Of a stretch of 54,000 nt of DNA, positions 1 to 9,151 are shown piece after piece. The first letter of the stretch is position 1. Each line of letters starts with the position of its first letter. A program made the position numbers and the translations under genes. Below the pieces are notes generated by a model. It searched no databases. It saw only the letters and a list, made by a program, of their open reading frames with translations, and was not told where the DNA came from. This stretch comes from Bacteroidales bacterium UBA1215 (lineage in GTDB: Bacteria; Bacteroidota; Bacteroidia; Bacteroidales; WCHB1-69). The stretch is from the NCBI GenBank assembly GCA_002309475.1, contig DBXJ01000022.1, positions 1 through 54,000 on the forward strand, in the 5' to 3' direction.

Positions 1-1424
1 TAGGTATAAGACGCTTTCAAATGCAGGCGTTGTACGGGGCGATATGCCACTTCTGCGTATATTTCATCGGCATTGCTGCCTAAATAATGTCCCAAACACA
101 CATCTCCCGAAGCAAAAGTAACAGCCGGCATAAAATGTTGATATACATTAGGATGTGTGCGGGTGTATTCCAATTTTAACGAAAACGTTTTGGGCAACCC
201 GCTGAAACAGGCTCCCACTTTGGTGCTGACATAATTCGATTGCTTTTGCTTGTTGAACATCCGTTTGAACGACAGTTCGTCTATAAACATGGAAGCGTAG
301 AGGTGCAAATATTTGACATTGCGACTGCTGATGTCGAAAAACATCTGCGTGTTGTGTCCTGCCGTATTGGAAGTGGCATTGTAGTTGTCATCCACTCCTT
401 TGAAGAACAAAAACGGCACTACATATTGCAACTGGAAGCCCATGTCGCTATAGACGATGGAATTGCCGACGTTGATATACAAATTTTTCACCGGTCTGAA
501 TGTCAGCATGTTGGCAGCCATGAGTTTGCTACGCATCACCTCGCGTTTGTGTCCGTTGACAGACACATAGGAGGCGGCACTATCTATAAGGTTGGATGCC
601 AACCATCCGTTGAAATAGTTATATTCGAACCATTCCACCGGCGATACACGGAATTTAATCATCACATAAGGCAAGGTGCGGCCGGAAAGTATATTGGAGC
701 CATGATAGGCATTGCCCCAAGCGATATTGTCTTTTATCAATGCAAGCGAACCCCATTTCCATGAGCAGGTGATGCCGCCCCGCACATTGAAATAATCGGT
801 GCTTTTGGTTTGTCCTTTTAATATGGCTCCCTGCATTTGCGTCAGTTTTTCGGGGGTGCTCATCGGTTGGGACTGCGAATTGTCAGTGAAGTTGGCATAA
901 AAACCTACGTGCTTGCCGATATATCCCACCATTTCTCCTCCGCCCCAATAGCGGTACATACGTTGTTCCTTCTGCCTGCCGGCTACATAATATTCTATGC
1001 CCCATATCGGTTTTACCGATATTTTGAACCATTTGTTATTATAATAAAGTCCTAAAGGATAGAGACATAAATTGACGTGCTCGTTGTTTTTAAAGGCATT
1101 GATTTTATAGGCGGACTTGTCCGCATCGCGTTCCAAGTTGAATTCCAACAGGTGAAATGCCAATTCCTGCCTTTGCACTTTGTTGAGTTGCTCTTCCTGT
1201 GTTTGAACTTCCTGCAGTTTTTCTGCAACAAAGGCTCTGCTATAAGGCTTTATGGCTGTGTTGATGTCTATAAGGTGCAAACTTGCCATTTCATCTAAAA
1301 AGGCATACACACTTTTATGCGATATATGCAAAGGATTTTCTTGGGCAAGACCCGCAAATGCCACCACCGACAACAACACTATACCTGCTATTTTGTATAT
1401 AATACTCTGTTTTAAAGTTTTCAT
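1..1424 (-). CDS. Outer-membrane protein, probably capsule assembly Wzi-like family (3' end runs off the window)
   Basis: Not in the ORF track because no stop lies in the window. Read manually from ATG at 1424: MKTLKQSIIYKIAGIVLLSVVAFAGLAQENPLHISHKSVYAFLDEMASLHLIDINTAIKPYSR... and near the window edge GHYLGSNADEIYAEVAYRP. Signal peptide, beta-rich; promoter motif TACTTTTG at 1464-1471 (- strand). Confidence 0.7.
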   Translation of the reverse strand, partial: MKTLKQSIIYKIAGIVLLSVVAFAGLAQENPLHISHKSVYAFLDEMASLHLIDINTAIKPYSRAFVAEKLQEVQTQEEQLNKVQRQELAFHLLEFNLERDADKSAYKINAFKNNEHVNLCLYPLGLYYNNKWFKISVKPIWGIEYYVAGRQKEQRMYRYWGGGEMVGYIGKHVGFYANFTDNSQSQPMSTPEKLTQMQGAILKGQTKSTDYFNVRGGITCSWKWGSLALIKDNIAWGNAYHGSNILSGRTLPYVMIKFRVSPVEWFEYNYFNGWLASNLIDSAASYVSVNGHKREVMRSKLMAANMLTFRPVKNLYINVGNSIVYSDMGFQLQYVVPFLFFKGVDDNYNATSNTAGHNTQMFFDISSRNVKYLHLYASMFIDELSFKRMFNKQKQSNYVSTKVGACFSGLPKTFSLKLEYTRTHPNVYQHFMPAVTFASGDVCLGHYLGSNADEIYAEVAYRPVQRLHLKASYT

Positions 1425-1584
1425 CTTTCCACCAAGCTGATTGTGCATGACTATTATAAAATACAAAAGTACTAAATAAATGTGAAATATAAACATTTGC
1501 AAGCAAGAAATTTTTGCTTGTCGGTTTTGGGGTGGCTACACTTTGATGCTATATTGATAAAAAAAATAGCAGTTTATTATAGTA

Positions 1585-1690
1585 GCGTGCCTTCGGCACG
1601 CGAGAGGGAGCGGAGTGTATATCTCTCCTCCATACTGCGACCTGCGGTCTTGTATGGAGTTAATAAAATAGTGTGCCAGAGGCACACTAT
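1585..1690. repeat. Cluster of three REP-like palindromes
   Basis: GCGTGCC-TTC-GGCACGC (1585-1601); CTCCATAC...GTATGGAG (1628-1659); ATAGTGTGCC-AGA-GGCACACTAT (1668-1690). The outer two hairpins share the GTGCC/GGCAC core. Confidence 0.7.
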
Positions 1691-1903
1691 TTCGCTTATC
1701 TTATTAACTTCGCTTGATTCCTAATGACAAAATTTAGCAAATATTCAATCTATTATACAATATGTTTGTTTTTAAAGTTGTCCTGAACTAAAAGTTTTTT
1801 TTGCCGATACCGGCAATATTTTTCGCGAAAAAATTGCATCATAGTATAATATCCACACATTTTCTGCGTTGTTTACATAGTAACAATCAAATTTCCCCCA
1901 ATC

Positions 1904-2401
1904 ATGTACAAAGGAAAAAGCACCTGCAGAGAGTTGAAAAGAATCCGCAAGATGATAGCGGAGCAGAACAATATCCCGTTGGAGGATTCGGAATGCCATT
2001 ACGAAGGCGACTGCGCCGGCACCTGCCCGAAATGCGATGCGGAAGTCCGCTTTCTGGAGAACGCGTTGCGCAAGAGCAAGCAATTAGGGAAGGTGGTTAC
2101 GCTCTCCGGTGCGGCCTTAGCCTTTTCCGCCTGTGGTAACCAAGTACCGGTGGAAACGATTCCTGAGACAACAGATAGCATTGATTCTGCATACTATGAA
2201 AATGCACATGGATTTGTAATTTCAGACACCGACTCTTCTAATTCCGATGAAGTGAACATGAAAACAACCGAACCATCGCTTGAATTAGATATTATCGTGG
2301 GAGATGTGATCACAGTACCTTACCCATCAAAAGAAGAGGCAGAAGAATTGATGGAAATAGAAGAACTTCCAGAAGAAGAAGAGGAAGATTTCCAAGAATA
2401 A
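1904..2401 (+). CDS. Hypothetical protein: Cys-rich N-terminal domain, hydrophobic/lipobox-like segment, acidic tail
   Basis: GKSTCRELKRIRKMIAEQNNIP...CHYEGDCAGTCPKCDAEVRFLE, then GAALAFSAC and an E/D-rich C-terminus. Confidence 0.8.
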   Translation: MYKGKSTCRELKRIRKMIAEQNNIPLEDSECHYEGDCAGTCPKCDAEVRFLENALRKSKQLGKVVTLSGAALAFSACGNQVPVETIPETTDSIDSAYYENAHGFVISDTDSSNSDEVNMKTTEPSLELDIIVGDVITVPYPSKEEAEELMEIEELPEEEEEDFQE

Positions 2402-2408
2402 AAACCAC

Positions 2409-3038
2409 ATGGAACAGCAGACGGAAATAACAGCGGCGTTCATCGGGGTGGCACGGCACCGCTTGAGACGGGACGGAAAGGGGGTGACTACACTGGCGGC
2501 CTTCCATAGTTGTTCGCTACACTGCAAATACTGCCTCAATCCCGCTTGCTTGGACAATAAAAGGGCATTCCCGCAATACACACCCCAACAATTATACGAC
2601 AAAATCTCCATTGACAATCTCTATTTTTTAGCAACAGGCGGCGGTGTCTGTTTTGGCGGCGGCGAACCGCTGTTGCATGCCGATTTCATCTGCCGGTTCA
2701 GGGAAATTTGCGTTGAAGATTGGAAAATCACCCTTGAAACCGCGTTGAACGTGCCGTTGGAAAATCTAAAGACGGCTGCAGCGGTGAGCGATGCCTTTAT
2801 CGTGGACATCAAGGATTGCAACGATGCAATATATCAGTTATATACCGGAAAATCGAACCATTTGTCACTCTCCAACTTGGAGTGGCTGTTACAAAACGCC
2901 GGGGCGGAGCGGATAACGGTGCGTGTGCCGCTGATTCCGGACTTCAACACCGAGGAGGATAGGCAGCGTAGCGTAGAGCAGTTGCAGTCCATGGGTGTGA
3001 AGCAGTTGGATTTGTTTACTTACAAAGTGAGTAAGTGA
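2409..3038 (+). CDS. Radical SAM protein, glycyl-radical activase (PflA/NrdG)-like
   Basis: CSLHCKYC (CxxxCxxC) followed by LNP; GGVCFGGGEPLL; LETALN; VDIK; VRVPLIPDFN. Confidence 0.9.
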   Translation: MEQQTEITAAFIGVARHRLRRDGKGVTTLAAFHSCSLHCKYCLNPACLDNKRAFPQYTPQQLYDKISIDNLYFLATGGGVCFGGGEPLLHADFICRFREICVEDWKITLETALNVPLENLKTAAAVSDAFIVDIKDCNDAIYQLYTGKSNHLSLSNLEWLLQNAGAERITVRVPLIPDFNTEEDRQRSVEQLQSMGVKQLDLFTYKVSK

Positions 3039-3201
3039 TAAGGGGGAATTCGTGACTTACAAGTAGTTATTGTATTTTATATCGTTTTCAGTGCTAATAA
3101 AAAATAATGTAAAACATTTGAAAACAACGGTTTACATAATTCCTCCATTTAGAGAGTTGCCCGTAGGGCGGAGGATTATAACGATGTCCTATATTTTTTA
3201 T

Positions 3202-3426
3202 TTACTTTTGTCTTGATACAAAAGTAACAAAAGATCAAGGCAGCAATGAAAAAACTAAAAAATAACTCATAAGGCTAAAGTCTGTAAACTCGCATGCGGA
3301 AACGGTTTTAAAGATAACGCTATTACTTAATACCATTACGAAAGAAACATTTACTACTAAAGATGCTCAGACAGCACAGACTTTTTAACGCTTTATTCCG
3401 TCATTTTTCTTAACGCTTTTTCATTG
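3202..3426 (+). repeat. Structured intergenic element, copy A (nested stems; possible ncRNA or MITE-like element)
   Basis: Hairpin TTACTTTTGT-CTTGAT-ACAAAAGTAA; stems CAATGAAAAA/TTTTTCATTG and AAAGTCTGT/ACAGACTTT; loop motifs GCTAAA, AACTC, TCAGACA, TTAACGC. Confidence 0.6.
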
Positions 3427-3532
3427 AATGACCCGATGGTAAGCCGGCATTATTCCATAAAACAAAAATTCAAGAATGGGATAGTAGATACGGATACTTT
3501 TCTAAACGAATTACGTTTGCAAGTTCCATCCT

Positions 3533-3745
3533 TCCGCATTAGGAAAAAATCGATAAAGAAAAGGGGAAGACTGCAGCGTGAAGAAACACAAGTTGTCTGA
3601 CGAACGTTACAACCGCAGGCTGTAAAAGGAGGAGTTTTGTGTTTTAGCGAAGTATTCCTCTTTTCCGATTTTTTTCTACAGCGGTGATTTTTCTTTGTTT
3701 CTTTCTTTTCATGGTTGGAAAAGAAAGAAAAAGAAATGAAAGAAA
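3533..3745 (-). repeat. Structured intergenic element, copy B (divergent, inverted relative to copy A)
   Basis: On the - strand: hairpin TTTCTTTCTTTTC/GAAAAGAAAGAAA; stems AAAAAATCG/CGATTTTTT and AAACACAA/TTGTGTTT; same motif order GCTAAA, AACTC, TCAGACA, TTCACGC. Confidence 0.55.
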
Positions 3746-3772
3746 TCCTCCTATCCTCAAAAAGGTTATATT

Positions 3773-3911
3773 TGTAAGGACGTTTCATGAAACGTCCCCA
3801 CAATATCATGGTGAGTTTTCACTATAGGTGGCTTCGACAAACTCAGCCACTCATGTAAGGACGATGTGTACATCGTCCCGACAGGAATACGTTGCAAGCA
3901 TTATCCTTACA
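3773..3911. repeat. REP-like palindrome cluster
   Basis: TGTAAGGACGTTTCATGAAACGTCC (perfect 20-bp palindrome at 3778-3797); GTGGCT-TCGACAAACTC-AGCCAC (3828-3850); TGTAAGGACGATGT-GT-ACATCGTCC (3854-3878); inverted TCCTTACA end near 3904-3911. Confidence 0.75.
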
Positions 3912-3938
3912 AATATCGGATATTAATAAAAAAAATAC

Positions 3939-3946
3939 TATCTTTG
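3939..3946 (+). promoter_or_regulatory. Bacteroidetes -7 promoter element for coaE
   Basis: TATCTTTG matches TAnnTTTG and ends 4 nt before the ATG. Confidence 0.7.
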
Positions 3947-3950
3947 CAGT

Positions 3951-4529
3951 ATGAAAAAAATAGGGATTACCGGATATATCGGCAGTGGAAAAACCACGGC
4001 ATGCATGATATTTGAGCATTTGGGCATTCCGGTGTATTATAGCGACAAGCAGGCCAAAGAGGCTTACAAGCAGGCGGAGATACAGGAGCAGATAGTGCAA
4101 ATTGCAGGAGAGCCAGTGTACGAACATGGTGTACTCAATACTTCAGCATTGGCGGATATTATTTTCCGGCAGCCGGAGAAACTGGCACTTGTCAACGGAA
4201 TTATACACCCTTATGTATGGAATCATTTTTTGCAATGGTGTGAACAACAAGAGAGTGCCTATGTTTTGTTCGAATCCGCAATTTTGTTTCAAACGGGGTG
4301 GCATTCCCGCTTCGAAGATGTTATACTCATCCGCACGCCCATGGAAGAGTTGTACAATCGTATTCAATTTCGCAATCATTGGACAGAGGAACAAATATCC
4401 CGGCGGCTGCAACAGCAGAATATTTCTCCCGATGCCGTTGAAACTTGCAAATATATAGTCGATAATGCAGAAGCAGACTTGATGCTGCCTCAAATATTGC
4501 AAATTCACAACGAAATTCTAAGCGAATAA
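3951..4529 (+). CDS. coaE: Dephospho-CoA kinase
   Basis: IGITGYIGSGKTT P-loop; GIPVYYSD; IIHPYV; LFESAILF. Confidence 0.95.
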   Translation: MKKIGITGYIGSGKTTACMIFEHLGIPVYYSDKQAKEAYKQAEIQEQIVQIAGEPVYEHGVLNTSALADIIFRQPEKLALVNGIIHPYVWNHFLQWCEQQESAYVLFESAILFQTGWHSRFEDVILIRTPMEELYNRIQFRNHWTEEQISRRLQQQNISPDAVETCKYIVDNAEADLMLPQILQIHNEILSE

Positions 4530-4584
4530 GAAAAAAATATTGAAAATTCATCTTGCATTTGCATAAAGAATGAAAAAAAAATGA

Positions 4585-4592
4585 TACCTTTG
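4585..4592 (+). promoter_or_regulatory. -7 promoter element for gcvH
   Basis: TACCTTTG, with TTTG upstream at 4558-4561. Confidence 0.6.
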
Positions 4593-4669
4593 CCATTATC
4601 AATATCTTGACAAAGAAAAAGTATAAGAAATTGAAATACACGCAATTAATAACATAAAAAATTAGATAC

Positions 4670-5050
4670 ATGAAAGTATTAGAAAATTTAAAGTACACAA
4701 AAGATCACGAATGGATTAGAGTAGAAGGTGAAGAAGCAGTTATCGGCATTACCGATTTCGCACAACATGAATTAGGCGATATCGTATTTGTTGACGTAAC
4801 TTGCGATGGTGCCACCCTCAATAAAGAAGAAGTTTTCGGTTCAATCGAAGCTGTTAAAACTGTATCGGATGTATTTATGCCGGCAGGTGGTGAAGTATTG
4901 GAAATCAATCCTGCATTGGATGCAGACCCTGCTTTGATCAATACAGACCCATACGGAGAAGGTTGGATTATTAGAATCAAATTGACCAATCCGGCAGAAT
5001 TGAACGATTTATTGGATGCTGCAGCTTATACACAGTTGATAGCACAATAA
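4670..5050 (+). CDS. gcvH: Glycine cleavage system H protein
   Basis: YTKDHEW; [16 protein letters not shown]; lipoyl-Lys motif IEAVKTVSD; [10 protein letters not shown]. Confidence 0.97.
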   Translation: MKVLENLKYTKDHEWIRVEGEEAVIGITDFAQHELGDIVFVDVTCDGATLNKEEVFGSIEAVKTVSDVFMPAGGEVLEINPALDADPALINTDPYGEGWIIRIKLTNPAELNDLLDAAAYTQLIAQ

Positions 5051-5069
5051 TAAAAAATAGGAATGATAC

Positions 5070-5099
5070 AAGGAGTAGATTTTCTACTCCTTTTTTTTT
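5070..5099 (+). terminator. Rho-independent terminator after gcvH
   Basis: AAGGAGTAGA-TTT-TCTACTCCTT followed by a T run. Confidence 0.85.
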
Positions 5100-5104
5100 A
5101 AGTA

Positions 5105-5515
5105 GTGAAAAAGACTTTTCAATCTTACCGATTATTGATTTTGTGGGTGGGGCTGGTATTTTTGCTGATAGCCGTTCCAGGAGAATTTATTCCCGTAGTG
5201 AGAACTTTCCGCGACTGGCTGCAGTGGGACAAGTTGGTGCATTTTCTCTTGTTTGGAGGTGTGGCATTCTTGTTGTTGTGGGGCAGAGAAAAGCAACAGT
5301 TGCAATTGGCAACTCTTCCATATTATATAATTGCTTTTTTCAGTGGAACACTTTATGGCGGCTTCACCGAGTGGTATCAAAGTTTGAGTTTTGTTCGCCG
5401 AGACGGCAATATATTTGACTTTTATGCAGATACTTTGGGCAGTTTGCTGGGGGTGCTGTTGTTTTTTTTGTTGAAAAACAAAGTCTTGGCTTATTTAAAA
5501 CAACACAATTCCTAA
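5105..5515 (+). CDS. VanZ-like family membrane protein
   Basis: DKLVHFLLFG; YGGFTEWYQ; RDGNIFDFYADTLG. Confidence 0.85.
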   Translation: MKKTFQSYRLLILWVGLVFLLIAVPGEFIPVVRTFRDWLQWDKLVHFLLFGGVAFLLLWGREKQQLQLATLPYYIIAFFSGTLYGGFTEWYQSLSFVRRDGNIFDFYADTLGSLLGVLLFFLLKNKVLAYLKQHNS

Positions 5516-5943
5516 ATATTTTTTAACATTTCCTGATAGGAGGGAAGTGCCTTTATTGGCAAATATTCACCTTGCTGTTCCATATAAACAAGGCATTGTT
5601 CTCCATTGATTAAAACAATATATTTGGCATGCAGAATATGATTGTACATGGCTGCCTGTTGCAGGGTTTTAGGTTGCAAGGCTACCGAAGGGGCTTTGCA
5701 TTCCACCACTACCAAGCATTTATCTATATGTTGTGCTACAATATCATATTTTTTTGTCTGTCCGCTATAGACAATTTTTTTTTCTACACTTATTTCAATA
5801 GGCGGCACCGATAAATCGTTGACAAGATGTAGTATATAAGCTTGTCTTACAGCTTCTTCAGGAGTAAGAGGGACGAAAATCTTTCTTATAGGATCAAAAA
5901 TTTCTTTTTTATTGTTTTTGATTCTGGTTTTTGTGGTGAGCAT
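5512..5943 (-). CDS. Stand-alone type I restriction HsdR N-terminal domain protein
   Basis: IFDPIRKIFVPLTPEEAVRQ; ISVEK; KYDIV; VVECKAP; QAAMYN. Confidence 0.85.
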   Translation of the reverse strand: MLTTKTRIKNNKKEIFDPIRKIFVPLTPEEAVRQAYILHLVNDLSVPPIEISVEKKIVYSGQTKKYDIVAQHIDKCLVVVECKAPSVALQPKTLQQAAMYNHILHAKYIVLINGEQCLVYMEQQGEYLPIKALPSYQEMLKNI

Positions 5944-6926
5944 TAGAAATCTTTTAGGTCGGCGATAAATTGTGCAATAATGGTGTCAATGTCCACATTG
6001 TCGGCTTCTGCACGATAGTTTTTGACAATTCTGTGTCGCATCACAGCATAAACCACCTGCTTAATGTCTTCTATGTCCGGAGAAAATTTTCCGTTTAGAA
6101 CGGCATTACATTTGGCGGCAATTACTAAATTTTGTGAGCAACGAGGACCGGCTCCCCAAGAAAGATATTTGTTGGCCCAAGGGTGAGCCAAATCGGTGTT
6201 TGGGCGAGTGGAGGCAGACAAACGAACAGCATAGTTGTAAACATTGTCGGCAACCGGAATTTTTTGCAAAAGATGTTGGAAATAAACTATTTCTTCTTGA
6301 CTGACAATTTGTTGTGGTTCGTACATGGCTCCATTGATGGTCGATTTGACAATGCTGACTTCTTCGTTGATAGAAGGATAGTCCAAATAGATATTGAACA
6401 TAAAACGGTCTAATTGGGCTTCAGGAAGCGGATAGGTGCCTTCTTGTTCAATAGGGTTTTGTGTTGCCAAAACGAAAAACGGTTCTTGCAACATGCGTGT
6501 GGTGCCGGCAATAGACACACTTCTTTCTTGCATGGCTTCCAGCAATGCTGATTGTGTTTTAGGAGGAGTACGGTTGATTTCGTCTGCCAAAACAATGTTA
6601 GCAAAAATAGGACCGTGGACAAATTTGAATTGACGATTCTCGTCCAAAATTTCCGTTCCTAAAATGTCACTGGGCATCAAGTCGGGAGTGAATTGAATTC
6701 TATTGTACGACAATCCCAATGCTTTTGCAATAGTGGTGATCATCAAAGTTTTTGCCAATCCGGGAACTCCTATCAACAAAACATGTCCCCGGCTGAAAAT
6801 GGTGATGAGAATATTTCTAATAACATCCTCTTGACCGACAATCACTTTGGATATTTCGTTGCGAAGGGCTTGGTATTTTTTGCCAAAATCTATAATGGCT
6901 TCTTTATCTGAATTATATGTTATCAT
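5943..6926 (-). CDS. MoxR family AAA+ ATPase
   Basis: GVPGLAKT; RIQFTPDLMPSD; LADEINRTPPKTQSALLEAM; ATQNPIEQEGTYPLPEAQLDRF. Start placed at 6926 (ATGA overlap with the upstream stop). Confidence 0.95.
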   Translation of the reverse strand: MITYNSDKEAIIDFGKKYQALRNEISKVIVGQEDVIRNILITIFSRGHVLLIGVPGLAKTLMITTIAKALGLSYNRIQFTPDLMPSDILGTEILDENRQFKFVHGPIFANIVLADEINRTPPKTQSALLEAMQERSVSIAGTTRMLQEPFFVLATQNPIEQEGTYPLPEAQLDRFMFNIYLDYPSINEEVSIVKSTINGAMYEPQQIVSQEEIVYFQHLLQKIPVADNVYNYAVRLSASTRPNTDLAHPWANKYLSWGAGPRCSQNLVIAAKCNAVLNGKFSPDIEDIKQVVYAVMRHRIVKNYRAEADNVDIDTIIAQFIADLKDF

Positions 6927-8299
6927 TTTCCGTTGTTTTGATCCAATCCCCAATCGTCTAAGAAAAAGCAGTCTTTGAATTCATCGTTGATACGAATGTG
7001 GGTGTATTTTGCTTTGTTTTTAATCCACTTGAGGAGTGTTTTTTGTTTTTTGTCTTCCAATGAAGCGTTCTTAATTTTTTCGTAGTCGTCTATTAAGTTG
7101 GCAGTATGAGCTTCTCGTTTTGCCATCAAGCAAACAATTTGATAAGCTTGGTTTCCTGCATCGTTGACAGTGGCAATTGGTCGTGTGAAATTGCCGGTGG
7201 AAAAATTTTCTATAGTATAGGCAACGCTTTTGTCGTATTCCAACAAGTGTTCTTTTTGGAAAGCATGCGAAGAGGTATATGGATTGATAATCATGCCGCC
7301 GTTGATTTTGTCGGGTGCGTCGGAATATTTTCTTGCAGCAGAGTCAAACGGCATATTGTTGGTTTTTAGCACTTGGTAAATGCTGTCCAAATAATCTTTT
7401 GCTGCCACCAATGCCTCTACAGAAGGTTTTGGTTTGATGAGAATGTGGGCTACATTGATGCTTTCGCCTCGGCGTTCCAGCATTTTGATAATATGATAGC
7501 CGGCTTCTGTTTCTATTACAGGAGAAATTTCTCCGGGACGAAGTGCGTAGGCGGCTGCTTCAAATTCAGGATAGAGTGTGCCACGAGTGGTAAAACCGAT
7601 TTCTCCGCCTTTGGCAGCACTGCCGGGGTCCTCAGAATACAAACGGGCAAAAGTGCTGAAATTTTCTCCTTTCAACGAACGAGTTCTATATTCTTCCAAA
7701 CGTTCTTTTACATGGATTTTTTCTTCATCGCTGATGGCAGGTGTTTTGACAATATGTGCAATTTCGTATTCCACGGGAATAATGGGAATGCTGTCTTTGG
7801 GAATATTGTTGTAGTAATCTTTCACCTCTTGGTTGATGACGTGGATATTGGAGGTGAGAGAACGCTGTACCTCTTCGGCCAACATATCTTCTTTCAATTG
7901 ATCACGTGAATCCGCTTTGATTTCAGCGAGACTTTTGCCGTAATAGGTTTCTAACTTTTTAATGTCGCCCCCCAAACGCATCACTTGCATTTGAATGTTG
8001 TAGTCCAAGCGGTCGTCCACTTGTTGGTCGGTGATGACAATGCTGTCTAATTCAGCTTGATGTATCAACAATTTTTGAAATAATAATTGTTCCAGAATGC
8101 TGCAGACGGTTTCGTCATCTATTTCCATTGTATAATATCCTGACGAATATTTATAGGCTTGTTTTGCATATTCCAAATCCGACCGAGTGATGATATAGTT
8201 GCCGACCGAGGCAATAATTTCATCTATCACCATGTTGTTTTGTGAAAACACGGGAGCGGCAAGCAGCATGGAAACGAAAATAATTGCTATTTTTTTCAT
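6923..8299 (-). CDS. SurA-like parvulin peptidyl-prolyl isomerase
   Basis: Signal peptide from MKKIAII (8299); FSTFARLYSEDPGSAAKGGEIG; PEFEAAAY; ETEAGYHII; second parvulin-like domain. Confidence 0.9.
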   Translation of the reverse strand: MKKIAIIFVSMLLAAPVFSQNNMVIDEIIASVGNYIITRSDLEYAKQAYKYSSGYYTMEIDDETVCSILEQLLFQKLLIHQAELDSIVITDQQVDDRLDYNIQMQVMRLGGDIKKLETYYGKSLAEIKADSRDQLKEDMLAEEVQRSLTSNIHVINQEVKDYYNNIPKDSIPIIPVEYEIAHIVKTPAISDEEKIHVKERLEEYRTRSLKGENFSTFARLYSEDPGSAAKGGEIGFTTRGTLYPEFEAAAYALRPGEISPVIETEAGYHIIKMLERRGESINVAHILIKPKPSVEALVAAKDYLDSIYQVLKTNNMPFDSAARKYSDAPDKINGGMIINPYTSSHAFQKEHLLEYDKSVAYTIENFSTGNFTRPIATVNDAGNQAYQIVCLMAKREAHTANLIDDYEKIKNASLEDKKQKTLLKWIKNKAKYTHIRINDEFKDCFFLDDWGLDQNNGK

Positions 8300-8309
8300 T
8301 TTTAATCTT

Positions 8310-9149
8310 TTAGTATAGAATTTCACCCTTGTTTTTTGCCTTTTCCATTGCTTTGGAACGCAAATCTTTCAAGGCTGACATTCTTTTTTGTTGCAACAAT
8401 ATGTCAATAATTTTTTCTTTTACCATAGAAAGCGGAGATATGCCTTCGCTAACTTTAAAATCTATAATATTCACCAAATAGGTATAGGTGGAATCGTTCA
8501 TGACTAAATGTCTTTTTTGTGCTGAAAATTGTTCCTCGGAATAATTTCTGATAGGAATTTCCTTGATAATATCTTCAAATAGCAACCAATTGTTTTTCAA
8601 ATAGAAATTGTAGGCATATTGGTTGACCAATTGTTCCAGTTTGGCATCTTCTGCCTGGCTTCTTTGTTTGAATAGCAGGTTTTTGCTTGGCTCAATTTGA
8701 GGATGGTCGATAGGAAATTTGACAAAATTGACTTTTATAATGTTTTGTTTTAGTTGAAAATCAGATAGATGACTCTTGTAATAATTTTCGATTTCTTCTT
8801 CAGATATTGATGCACGGGTAATTTTTGCATTCACATATTTATTCTCGTATGTGTGGATAGCTAACATTTGTGTGTAGTCTTCAATTTCTTTGGAGAAATC
8901 CATTTCTTTTACCGACAACTTTGTTTTGGCTTCGTGATACATCACTTGTTGTTCTATCCATGCATTAATAAATTGCTGTGTTACCAATGCACTATCTTCG
9001 GCATCACTATAGGCAGGAAGCATATTTTGCAAATCTTCAACAGTAAGACTTTTGTCATATACGCTCACTACAACAGATGGTTTGCGGTGGCAAGCTATTA
9101 TTGTAGTGAGCAATAAAATGATAATTAATGACTTCCTGAAAAATCTCAT
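8310..9149 (-). CDS. Lipoprotein, PPIase-cluster (chaperone-like) protein
   Basis: Lipobox IIAC; ISEEEIENYY; lies between two PPIase genes in a typical Bacteroidetes cluster. Confidence 0.7.
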   Translation of the reverse strand: MRFFRKSLIIILLLTTIIACHRKPSVVVSVYDKSLTVEDLQNMLPAYSDAEDSALVTQQFINAWIEQQVMYHEAKTKLSVKEMDFSKEIEDYTQMLAIHTYENKYVNAKITRASISEEEIENYYKSHLSDFQLKQNIIKVNFVKFPIDHPQIEPSKNLLFKQRSQAEDAKLEQLVNQYAYNFYLKNNWLLFEDIIKEIPIRNYSEEQFSAQKRHLVMNDSTYTYLVNIIDFKVSEGISPLSMVKEKIIDILLQQKRMSALKDLRSKAMEKAKNKGEILY

Positions 9150-9151
9150 AC

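Noticed and set aside
240-1506. Several short ORFs (240-764, 837-1055, 1077-1298, 1252-1440, 1315-1506)
   Set aside because: Shadows of the long - strand gene starting at 1424 that the track missed.
3450-3809. 119-aa - strand ORF
   Set aside because: Overlies palindromic/structured repeats; low-complexity translation with no motif.
3773-3911. Possible mini-CRISPR
   Set aside because: Units are non-identical palindromes with irregular spacing and no cas genes; a REP-like reading fits better.
5105-5515. VanZ as a glycopeptide-resistance determinant
   Set aside because: Widespread family; no van cluster genes nearby.
5512-6926. HsdR_N plus AAA ATPase as a restriction/defence system
   Set aside because: No hsdM/hsdS or helicase domain. 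The ATPase is an ordinary MoxR of the guaB-PPIase cluster, and stand-alone HsdR_N is common in Bacteroidetes.
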